This document shows positions 1-12,894 of a stretch of DNA of 64,000 nucleotides, piece after piece. Within the stretch, counting starts at the first letter, position 1. Every line of letters begins with the position of its first letter. The position numbers and the translations under genes were made by a program. Source of the stretch: Octopus sinensis. Its lineage: Eukaryota. The DNA lies in the NCBI RefSeq assembly GCF_006345805.1, contig NC_043013.1:30566001-30630000 (forward strand), read 5' to 3'. The notes below the pieces were generated by a model. It worked only from the letters and a program-made list of their open reading frames with translations. It was not told the origin of the DNA and did not search any database.

Positions 1-1291
1 TCATTTTCATTTGCACAAAACTGCATTTGCTATACGAAATGATTTGTCTAGTTAGAGTTTGCGTTTTGCTGAGTAAGTAGTGATCATTGCTGACGTCTAC
101 AATCGGATCACTCGCACATCACGTTGGGATCGTCGCCATTTCTTATTCATTATGATGCAGTCGATTCGGCCTTTGCATTTTCCCATCAGGTAATGTCCAA
201 TTTATGCATATTTATTCACACATACTTATACACCTATATAGGTATGTAGGCAGGCAAGCGTAAGATTGCAATAATCGAAATGAAAAAAATAAAATGCTTA
301 TGTTGATTGTTTGAAATTTCGAAAAAAATTAATTCCAAAAATTATTTGCCTTTATGTTATTAAGTATATTTTGATCATCTCCAACATAAATTTTGACGAT
401 CATATAGAGACGTATAGTTAAATTGCGCTTGTACTTAAGGGCTTGCGCGTGTAAGTTTCAGAAATCTTACACTTGTAAGGTTCAGAATTAAAGTCAGTAG
501 CTTTACTTTGATAACATCTTTATAAACCTGCCAGTATAATTGAGGAGACAGTAAGACTCTTTTAGTTTCCTGATAACAGAAACCCACTCGTGTTACAACA
601 TGTCTGAGATTTCAACAATGCTTCTCACTTTCAGTCTGTTTATTGTTTTCTACTTGTAAGATAGATAGTTTTCATTATAAAATTGAAGATATTACTTTAT
701 TTACATTAAGTAACTTATGCATTACTACTATAGATTGTCACTTATTTATTGAAAACACTTTAATTCATTGTGTCTGGCGGAAAGTAAAATAAGTATACAA
801 ATATACTCATAGTTTTCGACAAAGGAAATGCCGCTACGGCTGCTAGTGAAAAGGAGAGGCGGTGGCGAAGAGTAAGAGCAGGGGGATAGCAGACAAAAGG
901 AATGTGTGTGAAATTAGATTGTTTCACTACGCAATCACATGTCTCTCGTCTTCCGACTCCTCGTCCTCCTACGTGCATCATAATTCTGACGATCATTACT
1001 GTTATTATAAATCTTCGTTTTGTGTCATAGAATAAACATAATCTATATTATTTTATTTTTTATGACGTTATCGATCTGAACATTAGATTACCAGAATTAA
1101 TGCACCAAATTACCATATTTATCACAAACATATGCATATTATAAATATTTCTATTTAATTGATTTTTGTTATTTATCGAAAATACTTCAATGTTAGAGTG
1201 AACCTAAGGGAAAATACGTTCCGTCCGGGATTAATCTATCATTTCCTATTTCTTGAATTGCATTTGTAGTTAATATTTCATCTTTTAAAAT

Positions 1292-1467
1292 AGGCGCAAG
1301 CGTGGCTGAGGGGTAAGAAGTCTGCTTCCTAACAACATGGTCCTGGGTTTAGTCTCACAGCGTGGCACCAATAGTATAAGTACCGGGCTTACAAAGAATA
1401 AATCCTTGGGTCCTCCAGTATGGACTGAGTCAAATAACTCAAGTAAAAGAATACAAAAAGAATACAA
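1292..1467 (+). mobile_element. tRNA-derived SINE (family A head, internally deleted, with AAAAGAATAC-type tail)
   Basis: tRNA-like head aggcgcaagcgtggctgaggggtaagaagtctgcttcc...ggtcctgggtttagtctcac; homologous to the head at 20125-20290. Confidence 0.65.
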
Positions 1468-1581
1468 GCTGGTATCTCTGTTATTTTGGGCAGATAAAAT
1501 AATCACGTAAATACACTTTCTGATGATGATGTTGTTGTTAATGCCCCTTTCCATCTTTAGTACATGATAAGCTCTAATCAA

Positions 1582-1725
1582 CGATAACTATGTCCGAAGT
1601 TATCCCCAAGAATCTGAATTGTTCTATCTGATTCGCCGCGAGTGAAATCGATGGCGGAAGATCAAAGTAAAATAATTATTAACGCAGCAGAGTATGAAGC
1701 GAGAAGGATTTATGTTCCTTTCCGA
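1582..1725. repeat. ~145-bp direct repeat, copy 1 (copy 2 at 2206-2350)
   Basis: Direct alignment cgataactatgtccgaagtt...ttcctttccga vs cgatacttatgtccgaagtt...ttcctttctga; roughly 89% identity by hand count. Confidence 0.9.
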
Positions 1726-2205
1726 AAGGAATCCTAACATCGAGCTACAGCAAGTGGACGGAGATGCCATGAACCCTGCTAATAGGCTACAGCAAGTATC
1801 CTTAGATGCCAAGAATCTTCCTTATTATCCTAGCTGTCCATAATAACACTGTTTTCTGGACCTGTATTAAACTGGATTTTATAACTCTTTCCTCTATCTA
1901 TCTGTTCAAATATTTAGGGAGAGTTCCCAGTGCACCTATAACTACTGCGGTACATTCTACACGCACATTCTATAGTATCTGTAATCCAATAGCTATGTCT
2001 TCGCACGTTGCTATTTCCTCTATACCGCTCATAAATCTTTTTCATCATTTGGGACTGCAAAATCAATTACCTGGCACTTTGTATTCTCTTTATCTACTAC
2101 TACCAAATGGAGCCTTCTAACTTCTATTATTCAGTCAGTCGGAATGTTAGAGTCCTACATCTTGTATTTCTTACCTTCCAGCACTTTACTAGGTTCATTT
2201 ACTAG
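1726..2205 (-). mobile_element. 3' fragment of an RLE-type non-LTR retrotransposon (R4/Dong/NeSL-like), degenerate
   Basis: Minus-strand translation across frameshifts: EPSKVLE..KM*DSNIPTD*IIEVRRLHLVVVDKENTKCQVIDFAVPND...AVVIGALGTLPK...VQKTVLLWTARIIRKILGI*. This matches the C-terminal restriction-like endonuclease region of RLE LINEs. Confidence 0.8.
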
Positions 2206-2350
2206 CGATACTTATGTCCGAAGTTCTCCCCAAGAATCTAAATTAATCTATCTGATTCGCCGAAAGTGAAATCGATAGCAAAAGATCCAAAGTAAAATAA
2301 TTATTAACGCAGCAGAGTATGAAACGAGAACGATTTATATTCCTTTCTGA
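2206..2350. repeat. ~145-bp direct repeat, copy 2
   Basis: See 1582-1725. Confidence 0.9.
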
Positions 2351-4619
2351 GCAAGTGTAGAGATTAAGCCTAATATAATTCGGTGGAAGATTTGATAAAA
2401 ATATCTACATTATAAGGTGGGGAATTTCAGTTGCAACACAAATAATTAGAAAAACAGGTACAAATACAGAGCTATTATTGTGTATTAATTTACAAGCAAT
2501 ATCATATATATATATATATATTGAAAGGGTGGAGATGGCTTGATTCATTGTGCATTAGTCACGCACAACTTGCCGACCATAAATGAAAGAACGTTATGTG
2601 AAGAGGGTTACACTTGAGGTTGAATTCAGAATGAAAACATCCCACCCGCACAGACGTACATGCGCACATACCCACACGTATAAGCACACACGCATAAGCA
2701 TATGCACACACATACATACACAAATTCGCGTACGCGCATACACACACACATGCATTCACACATACACACACACACGTATGTAATGCAGTTTAATCGGTTA
2801 GAAAAATATGACGTTTCGCTTCGATGTCACTCCAGTGCACTGCTGAAATGTTTCACTATAGGTTAAATATCTATCACTAAGTACAAATATTCCGTAGGAA
2901 TTCTGTGTAATATATTGATTAGTTCTATTACGTTGATTTTTATAGCATTGTTAATGTATTATGGGTATTTTATTAATTAGCACCCATATGAATATTAAAT
3001 AAAGAGACACGCACTCATACAAAGACAAACAGACGGGGGACACAGAGATACACACACACAATGAATTAAAAGCATTAAAAAACCGATATCCATTAGTCGA
3101 AAGTTAAATGGACATATTTATGGTGAAATTTATGGTTATAGTATTCCAAATATGCTGTAGAGCGTATCTCAGTCTAGCATAGAATGAGTAATCTGGTACC
3201 TAAGGAAAATAATAAATCCTTAAGCAGGATACACGAGAGGAATATTTTTGATACTACAAGCGTAATTTCACAGCCACTCTTTTCTCAAACATTTAAATTG
3301 CTTTGACCAAATACGAAATTGAATTGAAAGCATATATGAACGCAGATAAAAAGGCTAACTTAATGTGATACCTCCTCAGAGTCTAAAACGTAAAAGTAGA
3401 AAGAAGAGGCTTGAAAGAAATAGTACTATAAAAACTGAAACGACGGGAAGGCAACCTGGAGAATTGCACCAACGCATACAAAATAAAATAATCAATATAA
3501 AACAAACAGCACAACAGATTCTAAATCCACGAACCACTATAGAATATAGACCAAATTAAACGAAAGTAGATCAACAAAAGTGAAGCCTGAATAAAAGAAA
3601 AAATGAATGATTTAAGACAAGAGCGTTCTAACTATCGGAGTTATGAATATAACGTTCTTTACATAACATTGAGTCAAGTCTTTGTGTCTGTGAATATCCC
3701 AGCCAAATTTAATCAGAAACTTTTATAAATTGAAAAGATATGAATCAGAGGGTACAGATAAAGAAAAGAGTGATAGAAGCCGAGGATAAGGCTCAAAGCG
3801 AAGTGTGAGTAGGGGATGGGTTAGAGTGTCATAGTATAATTCGCTACACAAAACTTTTACATTGTGACATATGGTATTGTGAGACTGGTTACATTCAGCG
3901 TATACTCTCACATATACAGGAAAATACATACATACACACATACACTCACACTCACATATACTCACACACACAGATGCACGCTCACACCCATGTCTACATT
4001 ACTATACAACTATTCCTATATGCAGACTTATATTTCAGAATATTCTTCAAAAGAAGCACATAGTACAAAGATACAGATAGTAACTTGTACACATATACTA
4101 TACAGATAACACAGCCATCCCCGATACCTAACATGTTAGACACCAACCGAAGACGAGGATACCTTATCAATAGAGGAGTTGTTTATATATTTATTGTAAT
4201 CTGTCATACTTGGCAACTTTCTACACTTCATCACAAACTAAAATGAAGGGCAATTTCCTGATACTGCTTTTCTATTATCTACACCTCCTCTTTCATCTCA
4301 CGAGTGAGACAGGCAGACAGACAGTGAAGGAAGGATAGAAAGGGAAGGAGAGAGAGGGAAGGAGAGAGAGAGGGTGTATATGTGTGCGTGCGTGCGCGTG
4401 CATGTGTGAAATTGTGAGAAAGTGATTGGAAAATGCAGTGTGGCAAAGTAAAGAAGAGGAAAAAGCAGACAGAAGAGGCCATGTGTATATTCTGTAATAC
4501 TTAGATTTCTATTTAAATTGTAGAATATATTGTCCTTATCTTCAACTTCAGATGGTGATATATGATCATTTCAAATTTCAGAAAGGCAATACTATTGGTT
4601 TTAATCCTTTCTTTATACA

Positions 4620-4702
4620 AAGGCGGTGAGTTGGCAGAAACGGTAGCAGGCCAGAGGAAATGCGTAGCGGAATTTTGACCGTCTCTACGTTCTGAGCTCG
4701 AC
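4620..4702 (+). mobile_element. tRNA-derived SINE family B, 5' part (interrupted by the CR1 LINE; resumes about 7289-7345)
   Basis: aaggcggtgagttggcagaaacggtagc...tacgttctgagctcgac matches family-B heads at 58774 and the reverse complement of 59330-59450. The continuation cctttcgtattctcggggtcgatctaatcgactgg follows the LINE tail. Confidence 0.75.
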
Positions 4703-4709
4703 ATTACTA

Positions 4710-4815
4710 GGCCTCTTCTGGCTGCTTTTTCCTCTTCTTTACTTTGTCACACTGCATTTTCCAATCACTTTCTCACAATTTCACACATGCACGCGCACGC
4801 ACGCACACATATACA
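4710..4815. repeat. 106-bp inverted copy of local flank 4375-4480 at the LINE 5' junction
   Basis: Reverse complement of 4375-4480 with 2 mismatches. Also visible in the ORF track as the shared peptide HCIFQSLSHNFTHARARTHTYT on opposite strands. Confidence 0.95.
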
Positions 4816-7195
4816 TTACTGGTACTAGGCGACTTCAACGCTCCCACGATCGATTGGCCCGCATCAATTTGTACAACAACTTCCCGGTTCGGCCAGTCCC
4901 TTCTTGACGTGGCTGAAGATTGTTTTCTCTCGCAACATGTTGAATATCCGACAAGGCATCGGTCTGGGCAGCAGCCATCTATGCTAGATCTGGTATTCTC
5001 CCGCTATCCAAGATCAGTGTCAGACGTATCTGTGTGCGCCCCTCTTGCCAAGAGTGATCATGCGGTCCTGAAGTTCGTCATGCACACAACTTTTTCCACG
5101 CCCACGATTACTTCGCTGCCACGTAGTGTCTTCTCTGCAATTAATCTTGAAATTCTAACCGAGGCTTCCGCCCTTCTGGACTGGCGTTCCCTGATGACGT
5201 TGTCCTCAGTTCACGAACTATGGTCATCCCTCAAAGCATATGTAATCTGTTTGACTGACCAGGCAGTTCCCGTTGGACTTCCCAAGAGGAAGAAACACAA
5301 GCCCTGGGTGACGAAGAAGGTTAAACGAGAACGTCGACTCAGAGATATTGCTTGGGCTGAATTCAAAAATCTGGATTCGACTGCAGCCTTTGAGGTGTAC
5401 AAAACTCAACGAGACCGAGCCGTGAAAATTGAAAAGAAAGAACGCTTCAGTTATGAACACAAAATCGCGGCAAATGCCAGTAGCGATCCAAAAACCTTCT
5501 TTGCCCATGTCCAGCGGAATTCCCGCTTGAACAACCAGATTGCAACGTTGGTAGACTCAACAGGCGTATCGATTGAGGACCCTTATCAACAGAGTCAATT
5601 ATTTGCCGAGGCTTTTTCAACTATTTTCAAACAAGATGATGGTCGTGAACCCCCTCCATTTGATAGATCGGTACCTCCAATGCTTCGATTGATCATCACG
5701 CAGGACCAAGTCAAACGTGTTATTCAAGGCCTCGATGTCAACAAGGGTCACGGCCCTGACGGCATACACCCACGGGTTATCAAAGCGTTGGCTCCGGTCA
5801 TCTGCGAGCCCTTAACACGACTATTCAATATGTCATTGGCGACGGGTGTTATACCTTCAGACTGGAGAACAGCGATAATCTGCCCAATTTTCAAGAAAGG
5901 GAGCCGCGAAGACCCGCTTAACTACCGACCGGTTTCCCTTACATCAATAATCAGCAAGATGTTCGAAACCATCCTTAAGAAAAGTATGATGCTCCACCTC
6001 CTAAACACAGCCTCGATCACTGATTCCCAACACGGCTTCGTGCCGAAGAGATCATGCTTGACCAACTTACTAGTAATGGAAGAATTGGTGACGCGCATCC
6101 TCGATGATAGTGATGCTGTTGACATCGTTTTATTGGACTTTGCCAAAGCTTTTGACTCGGTAAACCATCGCCTACTACTTGTCAAGCTTCAAGAAATATA
6201 GTTTCCATCCGGATATTGTACGATGGGTTGGTGCCTTCCTCTCAGATCGCTCCTTCCAAGTTCAAGTTAATGGTTCGCGGTCCGATGTCTCCAGTGCCAG
6301 CAGTGGCGTGCCTCAAGGTTCAGTGCTTGGGCCCTTGTTGTTCTTAGTCTTCATAAATGACTTGCCCGACGACCTCACGCAACACACCCTTCTATTTGCC
6401 GACGATATCAAACTGGTCGCTCCTCGCGGTAGTATAGAGGATCTTCGTCGATGCCTCCACCAAATTTGGAAGTGGTCTAACGATTGGGACCTGTGTCTGA
6501 ACGTGTCAAAGTGCTGTCATCTGCCTGTCGGCTCTACTCCTGCAACTCAACTTGATTTCGAGCCGGGTCGTCTGCTGCTGGAGAGGACCGATCATGTAAA
6601 GGACCTGGGTATCTTGGTGGATTCCTCCTTTTCGCCTTCGGCCCAGTGCGTCCATGCTGCCAACAAAGCGCGCGGAATTCTGTTTTTGATTCGACGGTCA
6701 TACGGAATGCTCACAGCAGCCATATTCCTGCCACTCTATGTCACGCTGGTGAGACCCATATTGGAGTATGGGATTCAAGCCTCTTCTCCTTATCTCCTCA
6801 AAGACATACAGCACCTCGAAAGAGTCCAGAGGCTGGCTACCCGCATGGTTCATGGTCTCAAAAATTTGTCCTAAGAAAAAAGGCTGAGGACGCTCGACCT
6901 TTATTCTCTTGAAAAACGCCGCCGCCGTGGTGATCTCATTCTCGCCCACAACATCATAAGCGGGAAGTGTAACCTCTCGAAAGAGCTGTTCTTCACTCCT
7001 GCTCCGGAGCGTCGGCTGCGGGGTCATTCCGAAAAGCTCTACCTGCGACGATTTCATCTCAATCGAAGGAGAGGAGCTTTCTCCGTCCGGGTTGCGGATC
7101 CGTGGAACAAGCTGCCAGACGAGATGGTGAAGATGCCGACGACCGCTTTGTTCAAAGCCTCCCTGGACCTCAAGTGGCCTGAACTCTTTACATGA
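4816..7195 (+). pseudogene. LINE ORF2 (endonuclease C-terminal half plus reverse transcriptase) with one frameshift (~6195) and one premature stop (6872-6874)
   Basis: ORF-track 4744..6201 and 6179..6874 abut in different frames. After the TAA the same frame continues EKRLRTLDLYSLEKRRRRGDL... to a TGA at 7193-7195. Confidence 0.9.
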
Positions 7196-7288
7196 ACACC
7201 ACCCTGTACTTAACTCCATGTCCCCCTACATGGCCTTGCTATTTGCTTTTGAGCCAAATTAACTAACTAACTAACTAACTAACTAACT
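4816..7288 (+). mobile_element. CR1-clade LINE, 5'-truncated, near intact, with 3' UTR hairpin and (AACT)7 tail
   Basis: APE endonuclease motifs GDFN, PTR..LDLVF, SDH. RT motifs NYRPVSLTS, QHGF..RSCLTNL, LDFAKAFDSV, GVPQGSVLGPLLF, FADD. CR1 C-terminus ERVQRLATRMV..RGDLI..RGHSEKL..WNKLP. Hairpin ccatgt-ccccct-acatgg at 7216-7233; (AACT)7 at 7261-7288. Confidence 0.95.
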
Positions 7289-7554
7289 TACCTTTCGTAT
7301 TCTCGGGGTCGATCTAATCGACTGGGCCTCTCTCCTCAAATTTTAATAGAAAATGTTAACTTTCTTTATATTTCTTACAAATAACAGAATTTTTATATCC
7401 CTTCTTTTTATTGTTTGTTTGAGATTATTCAAGTATCGTGTTGCCATGATTTTCTTTTGAATGTAATGCATGGTTTTCTTTCACTCATTTGTGAAAACAA
7501 AAAGGTTATAGAGAAAATTATGAAACAGGTAATAACGGTTTCAAATTTTGCCAC

Positions 7555-7908
7555 GAGGCCAGCAATTTGGGGAATAAGTCGATCACATCGACCCAGTCTT
7601 TAAGTGGTACATATTTTATCCATCCAAAAGGATGAAAGGGTAAGTCAAACTCGGCGGAATTAGAAATCAGAAGGAAATACCTATATCTTTACTACCCACA
7701 AGAGGCTAAACACAGAGAGGACAAACAAGGACAGACAAACGGATTAAGTCGATTATATCGACCCCAGTGCGTAACTGGCACTTATTTAATTGACACCGAA
7801 AGAATGAAAGGCAAAGTCGACCTCGGCTGAATTTGAACTCAGAACGTAGTGGCAGACGAAATACTACTAAGCATTTCGCCCAGCATGCTAACAGTTCTGC
7901 CAGCACGC
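7555..7908 (-). mobile_element. tRNA-derived SINE family B (dimeric form)
   Basis: Contains gtcgacctcggctgaatttgaactcagaacgtag and the aaatacctatatctttactacccacaag junction shared with 59051-59450. Confidence 0.85.
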
Positions 7909-8794
7909 AACTTTACAGGAAGTACATAATAATATGGTGCAAACAGTTAAGCACGTTTGCACTGTTTTCTCTAAAACTCTTGCCATATGAATTCATTTTT
8001 GTTCCTTCAGACGAAAAAAACTCCCCATCATCCGTGTAGTATTAAGTTCACTATATCGCCAAAAAAGTAAACTGGTGAATTACATGAATCAAATTAAGTT
8101 TCAAATATTTAAATGGAAATAAAAATACTAAATAAAAAATAAACGTAAACATATACCTTAAAAGATGAAAGAATACAACCATTAAAACCATCATCAATAC
8201 TTCTAATAATGAAATGAAACTCAATTAATTTGGGCCTGCGGTCCTTCAATAGACAAAGGAAGCCATGAAAATAATATGTCAAGTGTTTATTAAGTTAGAT
8301 TTATTAAAATATTATTCTGGGTACATTTTAGAATTTGCCTCTCCATTTAATTTGGAGTAATCAGTAAATTCAAAATTAAAGATATTACACAGCAACACAT
8401 TAGGCGCAAACGCACTCAAACACGCGTTCAAGCATACAGACGCACACAAACATACACACATCTGAATATAAGTTTAGGTAGGAGACTTTATAATGTAGTG
8501 TTCAAAATTTCTATGGGAATGCTTCCAGTACATTCTGTATTTCGGATAAATAATTTTCTTGATATTAAACATCCTTTTGGACATTCCTAACTACTTATTT
8601 TTGACAGAAACATATATGCAGGTTCTTCTTATGTATTTTATTAACTTTTATTCGCTTTCAACCTGCAATTTATTTGTAATGTTTTTTAAAAAGGTGTCAT
8701 CTTCCTACAACATGCAAATTTCTCAGTTATTACATCCATTCGTTCTCGATTATTTTCTCCTTTTTTGTACCTATACATACGTATACACACACAC

Positions 8795-8861
<67 letters not shown>

Positions 8862-8862
8862 C

Positions 8863-9188
8863 ATGGAAAAATGTCAAGAAAGATAATGCTAAAATAATTT
8901 TATAAAAAACATTTCAGTACCGGTTTCAGTGCAGTGGCATTTTCCTTGTTTCTGCCTGTCTCTCTTGAGACAAGAGTAAACAAAAGTGACAGAGACAGGG
9001 AGAAACAAGGAAAATGCCACTTGTATTTGAACACTATACAAATATTCTTTTAAAAAACTTTTCTATTAATTTTTCCATATTCAATTGTTTTCTATACTTA
9101 CAGTTGAAAACTTCTCAATGACTGAAACCGGTACTGAAATGTTTTTTATAAAATTATTTTAGCATTTTCTATCTTGACATTTTTCCAT
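8863..9188 (+). mobile_element. Double fold-back repeat element (68-bp outer arms, 31-bp inner arms), probably PLE-derived, in (TA)n
   Basis: 8863-8930 is the reverse complement of 9121-9188 (2 mismatches); 8933-8963 is the reverse complement of 8991-9021 (1 mismatch). A homologous single-orientation copy lies at about 20585-20770. Confidence 0.8.
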
Positions 9189-9241
9189 ATATATCAACTC
9201 GTGTGTTCCGTTTCAACCTTCTACACACATACACACACACA

Positions 9242-9286
<45 letters not shown>

Positions 9287-9300
9287 TACATATATATATT

Positions 9301-9630
9301 GCTACCGCTCCGTCGGTGACGACGACGAGTGTTTCAGTTGATCTGATCAACGGAACAGCTTGCTCGTGAGGTTAACGTGCAAGTAGCTGAGCATTCCACA
9401 GACAGGCGTACCCTTACCCCTTAACGTAGCTCATTGGGAAATTCAGCGTGACATGGAGTGTGCCAAGGCTGGGTCTTTTGAAATAGAGATGAACTTCTGA
9501 TTTTTGCCTGCTGAGTGGACTGGAGCAACGTGAAATAAAGTCATTTCTGCTGAAGGACACAATACCTCACTGAGAATTGAACTGACGATCTTACAATCGT
9601 GAGCCGAATGCCCTGACCACGTAGGCATGC
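9301..9630 (-). mobile_element. tRNA-derived CORE-like SINE
   Basis: Reverse complement shows a tRNA head (..gtggtcagggcattcggctcacgattgtaagatcgtcagttcaattc) then ttgtgtccttcagc..ctttatttcacgttgctccagtccactcagc. Homologous to 23221-23510. Confidence 0.8.
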
Positions 9631-9691
9631 ACTGTCATACACACACACGTACACACGCACACACACACGCACACACACACACGCACACACA

Positions 9692-9768
<77 letters not shown>

Positions 9769-9857
9769 ATATATTAAAAATGACCATCCCAAAATACAAC
9801 AATATCTATTTCAACACACTACTTCAAATCAAGAATCTCGCAACACAAATTCATAAA

Positions 9858-9928
<71 letters not shown>

Positions 9929-12722
9929 TAAAGACTATTTTTCAGTCCTGGTAAAGACGAATGGTATTTTTATTTAACCCCCGGAAACATCGTCTCTAGC
10001 TGGTTATACGACACACACATAATGTTTCGTATGTGTGTCTCATATAAGGACTGCAATGGCACAGATATAATATATGATTGTTTAATAGACAGAAATTTGC
10101 AGAGTAGGATGAATAATGAGAGAATGTTTGGTGATCATTTAAGGCACAGAAGAATAGGCGGGTGTGAAAATATACAGTGGCGTAATTGTCACTACTCTGA
10201 ATTAAAATTCTCGCGTTTAACTTAATTAAATCCTTTCGTCTGAATTTAAGTTTCTGTGCATTGCAAAATATCGTCTCCAGTTTTCAGATTCACCGATTCT
10301 TCCGGAAATAGACGGAATATTACATTAAGATTGTATACCATTATGAAGGCATGTGATTCATTCATGTAATAAAGACAAATGAAATAAAAATAAATTAATT
10401 AGCATCATTGCTAAAATTTTTTACATACATGGCATAAATATTAATCACAGTTATATAATCTCCAATTGGGCGCCAAATTAATTATATACAACTGACGCAC
10501 GTAGTTAATGGATTTATGTGGTGATGAAATTACTTTTAATCATCCAGTGAATATACCTACAATAGCATCTAGGAATTTAAGTGTTTCAGCGTCTGTCTTG
10601 TCGTCATTCGTTTCTTGACCAATTGTCTTTTGAACTATTCTTGGAGTTTCGTTATTTTTGAGGAGATATTGGAATAGTTTTCTATTGTACATCTGTGCAA
10701 CAGCAGGAAAAGCAAAATATGTTTTTCATAGCTCGAACAAAACGAGATATTTTTTTTATATAATCAAGGAGTCTATTAAAATTCACAACAGCTGCTGATT
10801 TTTAAAAAAATAATTATTTGATATAAAGAAGAAACAACAAAAGTTGCGTAAAAGCTAAAACTCCTACTGAATTTCCAACAAATGACCAACGCATATCCGC
10901 AGCCTTTAGACAAAAGCAATTAGCAGCATTCGGTGAGAAGAGCAGTCTAGTATTTTTAGGAAATCTTTTGTAATGATTTTCTCGCCGTGGGATGCCTCCC
11001 ACCTTCTTCTTAAGCCATGATAATTTTGATAGAGATCTCATGGTTTTCTTGGGTTGAGGAGAAGGTTTGGAGGTTTTTCTAAACAAAAATGATGAGATTG
11101 AATGGGGTTTTTCTCAGCAGACATCAATATAAATATGAATATATCCGAGAGTGAGAATTTAATTTTTGTAGCGAGAAATATCCTAAATTCATATTGACTG
11201 GCCACTAATTTCAAGCATACCCTTTTCTACTACAGAGCTATGAAGAAGGCGAAATTTCTAATTTGTAATATCATGTCCTTGTAGCAATCCAGTTTTTCTG
11301 TGATATTTTTTATAATATTTTGAATGGCCATAATAGAATGGAGCAACAATATGTTTTCATAAAGGTATGAATCTATAAATCAGTGCAACTTTCCCGAAAA
11401 GAATATGGAGATACGAACGTGCAGCTTGTTAGTTTTAGTTGCCTGTAAATTACATGTAAAGCGGGACAACAATTTGTGTTAGTGTGATGAAACAGAAAGA
11501 GAGAGAGTAAAAGCTAGTAAGTCCACTCAAGCTTTCCAAAATCAGAAAAACTGGTTTTTGTCTGCCTTTAACGGCATACTAACGTTGTTTGGATCAACAG
11601 AAGCAACTCATCCACAGCAATAATGTCCGTACACAAACACTTTCAGGTAAACGTGTATTGAATTTAGAACCACAGCATAGCTTGCGAATATGAAATATTA
11701 CACGGAGAAATTTACAATTATAACGGCATTACGTTTATACAATGGGCGCTTCTACCCTAATACTATATCCAGAAAGGAAAAGCAGCATAACTTTATGAAT
11801 TCAAATCAAAAGAGGGTTTTTTTACGCTCTCCAATGAGAAATAGGAGGAAATACTCGCAGACAGATGTTGGAATCAGCTTCATATTTTTTTCGAAACAAT
11901 ACAGTATGACGTGCACTGATTTCATAATCGTGTATGTGACGACAGTATTAATAAGAAAAGTAATAAACGAATGAAGAACGAACATATATATATATATATA
12001 TATATATAGTGCGTGTGTTTATTTGGAAAGAACAAAAGAAAAATATCTTGAAATACAACATTATATATATATATATACATAATTCAGCACGGTATGCTGG
12101 ACGACATGCTATCTAGGAAATGAATGAAGTCATGCCACAGAGATTGTAGAGAACAAATTTTTGAGGTTGATACGAATACTTTTCTTTACATTACAAATCG
12201 GCTAAATAAATGACTGGCTCTTATTTAACCTAATACGAATATAGCTTAAGATTTCCTAGCACTGAAAATTATGGAGAATAGACTCGGAGACAATGTAATT
12301 TGTTGCACGGGAGGTGTGCACGCATTATAAGCTTATTTTTAATTATTTAATTATCTAATTATTTATTTAATTTATTTTTCGTTTTTGGATTTGGTTGGCA
12401 AGATTGTTTATTTGAGTTCGTGTGTTGAAGCATATTCTGTTGTGTCTGAGGAGAGTCATTTTCTGTTTGTGCCTTATATTTATTATACGTGTATTAATGT
12501 TATTATAATATTTCTATGTAATTATTATGTTTCTCGTAACGTTGTTTATAAGTTGTCCTTACTTCTAATACCTCTCACAGCTTACCTCAAATGTTACAGA
12601 ACTTGTTTCTCCTACTCCACATTCTCTAGCCTTATAGATTGAACGTTTCATATATTGTATTCTTATAAGAATTGTTTACATTATTCTGAATGTCTCTTCT
12701 GCCTCCTCCTCCTGTCTTCTCT

Positions 12723-12724
<2 letters not shown>

Positions 12725-12781
<57 letters not shown>

Positions 12782-12827
12782 GTTATTATTGTTATTGTTA
12801 TTATTATTATTGTTGTTGTTATTATTA

Positions 12828-12890
<63 letters not shown>
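12725..12890. repeat. (ATT)n microsatellite with GTT interruptions
   Basis: Directly visible; source of the poly-Y/poly-L/poly-I ORFs. Confidence 0.95.

Positions 12891-12894
<4 letters not shown>

Noticed and set aside
3300-3700. Possible PLE N-terminal coding remnant
   Set aside because: Lys/Asn-rich composition only; no conserved motif found.
10560-11400. Coding-like minus-strand stretch (LKFLDA, hydrophobic segment)
   Set aside because: Multiple stops and frameshifts, and no motif set strong enough to assign it to a PLE RT, receptor or transposase.
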